A stretch of 32,000 nucleotides of DNA from Candidatus Heimdallarchaeota archaeon (GTDB lineage Archaea > Asgardarchaeota > Heimdallarchaeia > JABLTI01): the NCBI GenBank assembly GCA_030614005.1, contig JAUWKS010000001.1, positions 120,001 to 152,000 on the forward strand, written 5' to 3'. This document shows positions 12,043-20,768 of the stretch, piece by piece. The position numbers were made by a program, and so were the translations under genes. The notes under the pieces were generated by a model that was given only the letters and a program-made list of their open reading frames with translations, had not been told where the DNA came from and did not search any database. Every line of letters begins with the position of its first letter. The first letter of the stretch is position 1.

Positions 12043-12054
12043 TTATATATAAAA
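12043..12054 (-). promoter_or_regulatory. Probable TATA box
   Basis: Minus strand TTTTATATATAA matches the archaeal TTTAWATA consensus. It lies about 55 nt upstream of the 11989 ATG. Confidence 0.5.
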
Positions 12055-12098
12055 TCTCACTAAAAAACCATAGAGTAACTAAAGGCAAGTGAAGTAAT

Positions 12099-12509
12099 AT
12101 GAGTGAAAAAATCAGTGAAACAAGAAATAGCAATTGCTTAAAAGAACAAAATGGTTACCCATGTTTAATTCCCGCTCAACGAGTGCTAAATCTCATAAGT
12201 AAAAAATGGAGCATTCAATTAATTCACTTATTACATAATAGAAAGAAATTCAGATATAATGAGATTAAAGAAAGATTGCAGAAAGGTTGGAAAAAAGAAA
12301 AAATTAGTGATGCTACTCTATCCGCAAGATTAGCAGATCTAACAAAAGAAAAAATCTTTTCTCGAGAAGTTTATCCTGAATTGCCACCAAAAGTAGAATA
12401 TTCCCTTACAGAAAAGGGTGAGAGCTTATCGAAAGCTATCAAATACCTCGTAGATTGGACAATTGAAGCTTGTCATAAAGAATCAGATTATATTTATCCC
12501 AAAGAGTAA
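12099..12509 (+). CDS. HxlR/DUF24 family winged-HTH transcriptional regulator
   Basis: N-terminal Cys (YPCLIPA), ISKKWSIQLI, RYNEIK, ISDATLSARL and REVYPELPPKVEYSLTEKG. Confidence 0.92.
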   Translation: MSEKISETRNSNCLKEQNGYPCLIPAQRVLNLISKKWSIQLIHLLHNRKKFRYNEIKERLQKGWKKEKISDATLSARLADLTKEKIFSREVYPELPPKVEYSLTEKGESLSKAIKYLVDWTIEACHKESDYIYPKE

Positions 12510-12565
12510 AATGGTTAAATGGCAATGTTTTTTATTATTATACCAATCTTAATAATAAATAGACA

Positions 12566-13153
12566 TTGGGGGTATTAATAATTCACAGTTATGAAGATGT
12601 AGCAACTTCTCTCTTATACCAGCAATTATTTTTAGAACCCAATATAATAAGGGACAGACGTAATACTATCAATATCCCTGTAGAAGGTAGTGACGTGATT
12701 ATTAAAAATATGCGTGAACTGATACTTTCTGAAATAGACCTTTGGGATACAGAAAAAGAAATGGAATATATTTTTTCCATAGCTGAAAAAATACCTTTTG
12801 ATAGAGGTAAAGTAATCAATAACTACAAGAAGAAAATTGAAGCTTTACTTGAAGATCAGCTTACTGATAGATCATTTAGATTTTTATTATGTTTGAGTGA
12901 AATCATTAAAGAATTACACATTAAATCAACAAAAATTCTCGTCCATTCGATTGAAAAAAAACTTCAAAACAAATTGAAGAAAAAAGAGATTTCAAAAAGA
13001 TTAGATGTATTATCACAAGATAGTGATATTTATTTCTCACTATTAATCAATCTAGGAATACTGAATAGTTACGCTAATATGTTAGACTTACCTCCAGTAA
13101 CAGATATTTTCAAAGAGTATTTCAATAAAGTAATTCAATTAATAGATTCATAA
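12566..13153 (+). CDS. Hypothetical alpha-helical protein
   Basis: 195-aa ORF with a TTG start and protein-like composition. No recognised motif. Confidence 0.7.
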   Translation: MGVLIIHSYEDVATSLLYQQLFLEPNIIRDRRNTINIPVEGSDVIIKNMRELILSEIDLWDTEKEMEYIFSIAEKIPFDRGKVINNYKKKIEALLEDQLTDRSFRFLLCLSEIIKELHIKSTKILVHSIEKKLQNKLKKKEISKRLDVLSQDSDIYFSLLINLGILNSYANMLDLPPVTDIFKEYFNKVIQLIDS

Positions 13154-13381
13154 TGGAATATTGCTTTAGAATTAATCTCTACTCTTTTTTTGAATCAAAA
13201 TCATACGGATGAATTTACTAGATTACTTGAGTATTCAGCTACATAAGTTGTATTGAGTTTCTATAACGCTTTAATAGCATTATGAGTAAGTTAAAGTGAG
13301 AATTATTGCGAATTTACTGAATCTAAATTTTCTAACATAGAACATAATTCAGACAATAATATCGATTAGAAGGTACAGTTT

Positions 13382-14641
13382 ATGACAAAAAAAATATTTA
13401 ATAAAATTTTCCCAAAGAAGGGAGGCAATAAACGAGGAATAAGTCCTGTTATTGCTACTATTCTGCTTATTGCTCTAACTGTTACCGCTGCAGCAATCGT
13501 TTACTTCGTCGTCGTACCATTGTTTGATGGACAAGGCGAACTTGTTTTGATGTCAAGCTGGTCATTAACTGATTCAGATGATGACGGCAACTTTGATACG
13601 CTAACTGGCGATCTATTTAACATGGGAACAAAGGAAATTACTCTAGATGAAGCAGCGACAGTTATTGTTCAAACAAGCACCAGCCCTATTCTCAGCAAAG
13701 CATACGAACCAAATCAACCTATTAAAACCAATGCGGAAACTTATACTTGGGAAATTACTTCGGATCTTGTTTATACCATTCAAGAAGAACAGGAAGTAAA
13801 AATAGAAGCTAGCAACGCCAGTGACCAAATTTCCTCACTTATACAATATGAAATCATTATTCACTTCGGTAAAAATCAAATGACTACTGGTTCACAATTT
13901 TCCAATTTTATAACAGGGGATGGTGGCGAAGATCCTGAAGATCCTGTAATTGAATACTTAAGTTCTGCATTAGTTTTACGAACAGCAGCAGAGGATTCAA
14001 AAACATCTCGAGGGTCCTTCCCAACGACATCAGGTTACTCACCAAGACTTTGGTTCTTAGCAGGTATTTTCAAAAGCGGTACAAGAAACTTGCACTTAGA
14101 CACAACAGATTATATTGCTCTAAATAGTTTCGGAGCAGCAGAAGATTATCATCCTTACATTGGAATTGCCGGCGAATTTTCAGACGGTCCAATTACTTCT
14201 CATACAGGTTACAAAAATCTTCCTTACAATGATTCAGGAATGTATCCAGGATGTGTTGCATTTTGTGGTACATCATTTGATGCTGACGATGACATTGATT
14301 GGCCTCAACGCGGTATAGTTTACATGTTTTCATATATTTACAATCCCACTACAGATCCAATGGACGTTGATATATCAATTCAAGTCGATGATGCATATAG
14401 CCTCTGGGCAAACGGTGAATTCCTAAGCACTGGAACGCAAACAGCTAGCGGTTGGAAAACTTGGCGTGCACCTACACAAATTACAATGAATCCAGGTTAC
14501 AATGTTATTACGATTAAAGCAGCAGATGCTGGCGGAAATTGGAATGCACAAGTTCTCTTTTGGGACACCGGAGCTGTAGATAGCATTACTTCCCTATTGA
14601 ACGTATGGCCTATCATTAACCCAACAAGCACCTATTGGTAA
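13382..14641 (+). CDS. Archaeal type IV pilin-like protein (class III signal peptide) with a C-terminal PA14-like beta-sandwich
   Basis: KRG|ISPVIATILLIALTVTAAAIVYF cleavage site and hydrophobic helix. C-terminal QVDDAYSLWANGE...PGYNVITIK resembles PA14/galactose-binding folds. Confidence 0.8.
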   Translation: MTKKIFNKIFPKKGGNKRGISPVIATILLIALTVTAAAIVYFVVVPLFDGQGELVLMSSWSLTDSDDDGNFDTLTGDLFNMGTKEITLDEAATVIVQTSTSPILSKAYEPNQPIKTNAETYTWEITSDLVYTIQEEQEVKIEASNASDQISSLIQYEIIIHFGKNQMTTGSQFSNFITGDGGEDPEDPVIEYLSSALVLRTAAEDSKTSRGSFPTTSGYSPRLWFLAGIFKSGTRNLHLDTTDYIALNSFGAAEDYHPYIGIAGEFSDGPITSHTGYKNLPYNDSGMYPGCVAFCGTSFDADDDIDWPQRGIVYMFSYIYNPTTDPMDVDISIQVDDAYSLWANGEFLSTGTQTASGWKTWRAPTQITMNPGYNVITIKAADAGGNWNAQVLFWDTGAVDSITSLLNVWPIINPTSTYW

Positions 14642-14704
14642 AATAATTAGCACGGAGAAAAAACAACAGTTACGCTTTAGCAATAATTCTCCGGCTAAAG
14701 AAAT

Positions 14705-14762
14705 GAGATGGACTGAATCATCTCCCTTATTCTTTTCAGTCCATCTCTCCCACCCTTTTTTT
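14705..14762 (+). terminator. Putative terminator or 3' hairpin of the pilin gene
   Basis: Perfect 13-bp stem GAGATGGACTGAA / TTCAGTCCATCTC, then TCCCACCC and T7. Confidence 0.6.
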
Positions 14763-14852
14763 GTTTTGAATCGAAATTTCTACCTAGTCTTAAATAAATT
14801 AAAGATTCATTTAGGAGAATATTAGATAAGAGAAATTTTTGGTGGATTACAA

Positions 14853-15041
14853 ATGAGTAAAAGTAAAGATCTAGAACAAGCGTTTCAAAGATTAATAAAG
14901 AAATATCATGAGTTTTTGAATGAGACTATAATGGATGAAATGGAACGAATTGAAATCGAAGCAGTTATCCAGCAAATAAATAGACTACATGATAAGCTCA
15001 ACAAACATATGAATATTGTTGGAAGAAAATTCAGTTGTTAG
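14853..15041 (+). CDS. Small hypothetical helical protein (62 aa)
   Basis: ATG start with GGTGGA upstream, amphipathic helical composition, and no overlap with other genes. Confidence 0.5.
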   Translation: MSKSKDLEQAFQRLIKKYHEFLNETIMDEMERIEIEAVIQQINRLHDKLNKHMNIVGRKFSC

Positions 15042-15079
15042 TTTCAATGCGATCATTTTTTCTGTTGACTAGTTTAACT

Positions 15080-15619
15080 TTACTTTAGAGCTCTCCATTC
15101 ATCTTCGAGAAGATCCATCACAATATCATTTACGTATTTACCTTCAACAAAATCAGTGTGACGCAATTCACCTACTTTTTTAAAACCAACGTTCTCATAG
15201 ACCTTATGAGCCCCTGGATTTGTATTAAAAACATTTAATCCTATACGATGTAAATTCAAATAATCGAAACCTATTGTTAATAAAACTTTCAGAGCATCGG
15301 TACCAAAACCTTGCCCCCGGTTTTTATCATCGTAAATTGCAATACTAACTTTTGCAGTTCGATTAATTTTAGTTACACTATTTAAACTTGCATGGCCTAA
15401 AAAGTCTCCAGTTGCTAATTCCTCGATAGCAAAAACAAATGCCTGTCCTTTCTGTCTATTCTCCCAAGTTTTCCTAATCCATGCTTCGCGTTCTGACCGA
15501 GAATGAGGAACAACAGGTCCTAGTTCCCTTCTCAAATGGATTTTATTCCAATCCTTCATAATACAATCAAGATCAGATAACTCGAAAGAACGTAATTTTA
15601 CCTTTTTGCCTTCGTACAA
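15080..15619 (-). CDS. GNAT N-acetyltransferase, RimJ/RimL-like (GNAT_3)
   Basis: VKLRSFELSD, RGQGFGTDAL, LNLHRIGLNVFNTNPGAHKVYENVGF and DIVMDLLEDEW. Confidence 0.92.
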   Translation of the reverse strand: MYEGKKVKLRSFELSDLDCIMKDWNKIHLRRELGPVVPHSRSEREAWIRKTWENRQKGQAFVFAIEELATGDFLGHASLNSVTKINRTAKVSIAIYDDKNRGQGFGTDALKVLLTIGFDYLNLHRIGLNVFNTNPGAHKVYENVGFKKVGELRHTDFVEGKYVNDIVMDLLEDEWRALK

Positions 15620-15733
15620 ATTTAGCCCTCTAGTTCTAACTAACTTATGTATATATCAATTTTAATGTTATTTTTCTTATTTATTCAATCACGCCTCTTT
15701 TTAACAAGTTCGATTTACTTTAAATTATAGGTG

Positions 15734-16135
15734 ATGATATTGGTTGACATATTAAAGAAAGAACTCTCATTGGAATTTGATATTGCAGTTGAACATGTTC
15801 AGAAAACTGTTGCAGATGGAGGATTCTCTGTCTTAATGGTTAAAGCGATGGATGAAATGCTAAAAAAGAAATTAGGAATAACCGATCTTCCAAGATATAC
15901 AACAATAATGGCTTGTGGACCTAAACTTGCGAAGATGGCATTAGAAGCATCACTTAATGTTGGTCTCTTATTTCCTTGTAGCTTCGTTGTTTATGAAGAG
16001 GAGGGCAAAGTAATCGTTTCTCATGTTTCAATAATGAAAACAGCAGTAGAAATTGGGTTAGCGTCTGAAGAAGCAATGAAACCAGTTATAGCAGAAACAA
16101 GTAAAATGGTACATGCAGTTTGGGATAAATTTTAG
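15734..16135 (+). CDS. DUF302 domain protein
   Basis: YTTIMACGPKLA...VGLLFPCSFVVYE matches the DUF302 CxP...LPC pattern. The GTG at 15731 is within the SD, so the start is ATG 15734 or TTG 15740. Confidence 0.85.
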   Translation: MILVDILKKELSLEFDIAVEHVQKTVADGGFSVLMVKAMDEMLKKKLGITDLPRYTTIMACGPKLAKMALEASLNVGLLFPCSFVVYEEEGKVIVSHVSIMKTAVEIGLASEEAMKPVIAETSKMVHAVWDKF

Positions 16136-16262
16136 TGAATTTCTATTCATTAGAATTATCTTTTTTTATTTTTATTCTCCTTTTAAAAGTACAAAATAAA
16201 TCAAAAGTTTATTATAAATCCATTTTTTCTTAAAGTTAAGCAAATTAAAAGGAATAATAAAA

Positions 16263-18056
16263 ATGTTAGAGACAGCCAAACAAAAAAGACCTCTTTTAAG
16301 ATTGTTTCACTACTCTTCCGAATTTAAAGGAAGAATCTCTTTTGCAATAATTTTCTCCATATTTGGTAAATTATTCGATCTTGCTCCTCCTTTCTTGATT
16401 GGAATAGCAGTTGATATTGTCGTTTATAAAGAAAATTCGATGTTTGCTAGCTGGGGATATGAGGACCCCAAAACACAACTTATTATCCTAGGTGTAGCTA
16501 CTTTGATAATTTGGATTATAGAGTCGCTTTTTGGGTATTTACAACAAATTGTTTGGCGAAATTTAGCTCAAGTTGTACAGCACAAATTAAGAATGAACAC
16601 ATATTCACATTTACAAGAATTAGAGTTAAAATATTTTGAGGATAGACAAACAGGTGGCTTAATGGCTATTCTTAATGATGATATTAATCAGCTTGAACGA
16701 TTTTTAGATAATGGAGCAAATAGCATTATTCAAGTGATTACTACAGTTATTATTATTGGAATTGTTTTCTTTATTTTATCTCCAACAACTGCTTGGATGG
16801 CGATGCTACCCATGCCTTTTATTTTGTTATTCTCATTTGGATTCCAAAGACTTCTCGCACCAAAATATGCCGCTGTCCGATCAAAAGTTGGCATTCTTAA
16901 TGGTCAGCTTTCAAACAATCTTTCTGGAATCTCTACTATTAAAAGCTATACAACAGAAAAATTTGAAAGTGGTCGTATTGAACATCTTTCCAATGCATAT
17001 CAACAAAGTAATCGAAAAGCTATCCTACTCAGTTCAGCATTCACTCCATTGGTCCGAATGATAATTGTTGTTGGTTTTGTTTTGATGCTTATTTTTGCTG
17101 GAATTGATGCTTTAAATGGTGGATTACTCATTGGTTGGTATAGTATAATGATATTTTACACGCAAAGACTACTTTGGCCACTAACACGATTAGGTGAAAC
17201 TTTTGATCAATACCAAAGAGCAATGGCTTCTACAAATCGAGCATTGGATCTTGTTGATACTCCTAGACAAATAATTTCTGGTGAATTATCCTTGCCAAAA
17301 GAACAAATCCGAGGAGATATTATGTTCAATAATGTTGGATTTGCATATGAGGGAAGACCAGCTATTCTTACAAAATTCAATGTTAATATTAAAGAAGGGG
17401 AAACTATAGCTTTTGTCGGTGCTACAGGTTCTGGAAAATCAACGATAATAAAATTGCTTCTGAGATTTTATGATGTGCAAAGTGGCAGTATAACTCTTGA
17501 TGGAAACGAAATTAAAGATCTAAATCTGCAAGATCTGAGAAAAGGAATCGGTTTGGTTAGTCAAGATACTTTTCTAATAGATGGTACAGTAAAAGAAAAC
17601 ATTGCTTACGGTTACCCTGAAATAAACTATGATGACTTGGTTGCTGCAGCAAAAATCGCAGAGGCTCATGAGTTTATTATGAATTTACCACAACAATATG
17701 ACACAATGGTTGGAGAACGAGGACAAAAATTAAGTGGAGGGCAAAGACAAAGAATTTCTATTGCTCGTGCAGTACTAAAGAATCCGCCGATTTTAGTGTT
17801 AGATGAAGCAACTTCAGATGTTGATAATGAAACTGAAGCAGCTATTCAACGTTCTCTTGAAAAAATTATCGTTGACCGTACTACTATAATTATTGCCCAT
17901 CGATTATCAACCATACGAAATGCTAATCAAATCTTTGTTTTAAGCGATGGAAAAATTATCGAGAATGGAACTCATAATGAGCTTCTCGAAGAAAATGGTC
18001 AATATGCTTCTCTCTGGAGAGTACAAACAGGAGAGCGAATACTCTCAAGCAATTGA
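16263..18056 (+). CDS. ABC exporter, fused permease and ATPase (MsbA/MdlB type)
   Basis: Six TM segments, Walker A GATGSGKS, signature LSGGQRQR, Walker B ILVLDEATS and H-loop IAHRL. Confidence 0.95.
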   Translation: MLETAKQKRPLLRLFHYSSEFKGRISFAIIFSIFGKLFDLAPPFLIGIAVDIVVYKENSMFASWGYEDPKTQLIILGVATLIIWIIESLFGYLQQIVWRNLAQVVQHKLRMNTYSHLQELELKYFEDRQTGGLMAILNDDINQLERFLDNGANSIIQVITTVIIIGIVFFILSPTTAWMAMLPMPFILLFSFGFQRLLAPKYAAVRSKVGILNGQLSNNLSGISTIKSYTTEKFESGRIEHLSNAYQQSNRKAILLSSAFTPLVRMIIVVGFVLMLIFAGIDALNGGLLIGWYSIMIFYTQRLLWPLTRLGETFDQYQRAMASTNRALDLVDTPRQIISGELSLPKEQIRGDIMFNNVGFAYEGRPAILTKFNVNIKEGETIAFVGATGSGKSTIIKLLLRFYDVQSGSITLDGNEIKDLNLQDLRKGIGLVSQDTFLIDGTVKENIAYGYPEINYDDLVAAAKIAEAHEFIMNLPQQYDTMVGERGQKLSGGQRQRISIARAVLKNPPILVLDEATSDVDNETEAAIQRSLEKIIVDRTTIIIAHRLSTIRNANQIFVLSDGKIIENGTHNELLEENGQYASLWRVQTGERILSSN

Positions 18057-18108
18057 GAGTGTTTAAATAATTATTAGACCCTTTAACAAATAGATTCGGT
18101 GAAATATA

Positions 18109-18519
18109 GTGAATTATTCAGTACGACCAAAAAAACGACTTAATCATGTAATCAGCTCTTGGACATCCTTTGCTTTTGTCTTATTTATCTTCTACATTTT
18201 TGGAGATTTAATTGCCAATTGGTGGCATAATGCTTGGTGGGTTTGGTTAATTCTAGGTTTCTCTCTTATTGGAGCAATTTCAACTACTTTTAGATATTTA
18301 GCGTCAGGTTCTGCTAATTATTCTGTACGAAAGTCAGATAGTGAATATTCTTCGGATACAGGAATTCATCATCAATCTATTGAATCTTCTGAACAACAAA
18401 ATGACTCAAAATTATCAGCAAAAGCTTATACTCCAATAAATGTTAGATTCTGCAAGAATTGTGGAGGAGCTATTGAAAACCCCAGTCAATTCTGTGCAAG
18501 TTGTGGAGAAGAATTGTAA
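18109..18519 (+). CDS. Small membrane protein with a C-terminal zinc ribbon
   Basis: Two hydrophobic segments and C-terminal CKNCG...FCASCG. GTG start. Confidence 0.8.
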   Translation: MNYSVRPKKRLNHVISSWTSFAFVLFIFYIFGDLIANWWHNAWWVWLILGFSLIGAISTTFRYLASGSANYSVRKSDSEYSSDTGIHHQSIESSEQQNDSKLSAKAYTPINVRFCKNCGGAIENPSQFCASCGEEL

Positions 18520-18612
18520 ATATAAATGACTTGTATCTATGAGATAATCGAGTGTAACCATCACTCACTCTCATAATAAAATCTTGAAAGAATAGTTCTG
18601 CATTAAACCTCA

Positions 18613-19140
18613 TTAAAAAGTAGAGACGTAATTACCTAAACCAGAATAAGCTTTTTTTATTGTTACTTTATTTGGATCAAGAAATCCGGTATAGATTACT
18701 TTATAGCTATTAGTAATTGGATTATATTCCACTAGATTGTAATATCCTGAACCAATTTCAGTTAATATAAATAGCAAAATATCAGCTAAATCAATAAAAT
18801 AGTTTGCTTTTAGAGTTTTTAAAATTTGGAATTTTGATCCATTTGGTTTTCTTATTACAATGAAACTTTTTTCAGAAAATGGTTTTTCTTCTTGTCCTTC
18901 TTCATAACTTAGAGAAACTTTACTTAAATAACGATTGCATTTTGTACAAAGAGCTCTTAACTTACCACCATTATCTCTTCTGTGAGCAATACCCATTTTA
19001 CACAGGGAATAAACATTGCAATGGTTACAGAAATAAACTCCAGGTAGTTTTCTTTGTTTGAAGCTAGTTATTTTCAGCATCCTACCAAATTTTGGACAAC
19101 TCAAGCAAGGGGAATCACAATGGAGGTAGAGTTCTTTCAT
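18613..19140 (-). CDS. Hypothetical protein with a Cys-rich (putative double zinc finger) N terminus
   Basis: 8 Cys in the first 68 residues, including CLSC, CNHC and CTKC. Confidence 0.7.
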   Translation of the reverse strand: MKELYLHCDSPCLSCPKFGRMLKITSFKQRKLPGVYFCNHCNVYSLCKMGIAHRRDNGGKLRALCTKCNRYLSKVSLSYEEGQEEKPFSEKSFIVIRKPNGSKFQILKTLKANYFIDLADILLFILTEIGSGYYNLVEYNPITNSYKVIYTGFLDPNKVTIKKAYSGLGNYVSTF

Positions 19141-19296
19141 TTAGTGTTTTCCTCGTCGGAATATTAACCTCAACTATACTTTCTATTCTCCTCGATTATC
19201 CCACACTTGAAGTATAGTCTATGCTATTTAGATTTAAGTCTTTAGAAATAAACCTTATGAATAGGTAAATACAATATTTAACAATGGAGAAAGCAA

Positions 19297-19653
19297 ATGT
19301 CAAATATTAACCTTGCAAATAAAACTGTTTGTGATCAACAAGGAAAGAAATTGGGTAAAATTGTTGATATTCGAGGGTCAGAAGAGAAAGTTTTGATACA
19401 AGATAAACCTCATATAATTATTCTTGTTAAAACTGTTTTTTGGAAGAAAAATATTAAGATAGCAATAGAAGTTAAAAAAATCCTTCGAATTGAAGAGAAG
19501 AAGGTATTTCTAAACACTACCAAGAGTGAGTTTACAATAATAGTCAAGAATCTATTAGCAGAGAGAAGACGACTGGCAAAAACAGCAAAATTATCAGAAG
19601 CATCACAAGGTAGCAAGGCAGCAGCACTAGTTTATCGTTGGAGAGGAGGATAA
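19297..19653 (+). CDS. PRC-barrel domain protein
   Basis: LANKTVCDQQGKKLGKIVDI...IAIEVKKILRIEEKKVFL fits the PRC-barrel pattern. GGAGA SD. Confidence 0.75.
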   Translation: MSNINLANKTVCDQQGKKLGKIVDIRGSEEKVLIQDKPHIIILVKTVFWKKNIKIAIEVKKILRIEEKKVFLNTTKSEFTIIVKNLLAERRRLAKTAKLSEASQGSKAAALVYRWRGG

Positions 19654-19719
19654 GACACTCTTCTACCTTTTTTTCATCTCTCTTTTTTAACAAAGAATAA
19701 ATATCGAGAACTTATAGAT

Positions 19720-20514
19720 TTGAGTATTATGAAAACTGACTGGCATAATCGCATTTTTGGTATTGATTGTATCGAAGGTATGAATACACTACTACCCGAG
19801 CAATCAATTGATGTTATTGTCACGTCACCACCTTACAACATTGGTTTAGATTACAATAGCTATGATGACAATCGACCTTTTGAGGAATATCTTTCTTGGT
19901 TAAGTGCAGTGGCAAAAAGTTGTCATCGAGTATTGAAAGATACCGGTTCTTTTTTCTTCAATATTGGGGATAACCCTTCAGATGAATTTCGATCTTTAAT
20001 AATTGCCAAAAAAATAGCTGAGAGTTTCAAATTACAAAACACCATCCATTGGGTCAAATCAATTGCGATCCCCGAAAAGAACTTGAATATTGGACATTAT
20101 AAACCTGTTAATTCCAAACGTTTTCTGAACAACTCTCATGAATATATCTTCCATTTCACCAAAGATCGTTCAATAACTCTTGATAAACTTGCCATTGGTG
20201 TACCTTACGGAGATAAAAGCAATATTGGTAGGTGGAAACATGCCCAACAAGATCTTCGAGGTAGAGGAAATCAGTGGTTTATTCCTTATGAAACTGTTAA
20301 AGAAAAGAAAATCCATCCAGCAATGTTTCCAATAAAATTACCAGAAATGTGTATTAAATTACATGGCCTTGACAAAAATAGACCTCTTGTAATTCTTGAT
20401 CCATTTATGGGTTCAGGATCAACTGCAATTGCAACGAAAAAGCTAAGCTGCATCTATGTGGGTTTTGAGATTGATCCCAAGTATCTCGCATTGGCAAAAG
20501 AAGCACTAAAATAG
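19720..20514 (+). CDS. Site-specific DNA amino-methyltransferase (N4-C/N6-A, beta class)
   Basis: Motif IV VTSPPY is N-terminal. HPAMFP and motif I ILDPFMGSGST are C-terminal, followed by GFEID. Start is TTG 19720 or ATG 19729. Confidence 0.92.
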   Translation: MSIMKTDWHNRIFGIDCIEGMNTLLPEQSIDVIVTSPPYNIGLDYNSYDDNRPFEEYLSWLSAVAKSCHRVLKDTGSFFFNIGDNPSDEFRSLIIAKKIAESFKLQNTIHWVKSIAIPEKNLNIGHYKPVNSKRFLNNSHEYIFHFTKDRSITLDKLAIGVPYGDKSNIGRWKHAQQDLRGRGNQWFIPYETVKEKKIHPAMFPIKLPEMCIKLHGLDKNRPLVILDPFMGSGSTAIATKKLSCIYVGFEIDPKYLALAKEALK

Positions 20515-20768
20515 TCAGTTTTTTACCAGTAAAAACAGATATACTTAGTATGCGATAGTCACAACTTGTGACCTCGAAATGAGTCTCTTTTTTGTGAATC
20601 CACCTTTTAAATAAAAAAGACAGTAGTATAATTACCAAACACTCAAGGTGTATGAAAAAAATGATGAACAAAAAATTAAATGTCAAAAAACAAGTCAAGA
20701 AAGAAATTGAAAAAAATCAATTTAGAATGTTTCTAATAAATGGTTGTAAATAAAAAAAGGTGATTAAG

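Noticed and set aside
13643-20698. Short track ORFs 13643-13828, 16756-17061, 18879-19061, 19410-19616 and 20405-20698
   Set aside because: They overlap stronger genes or are low-complexity sequence with no coding signal.
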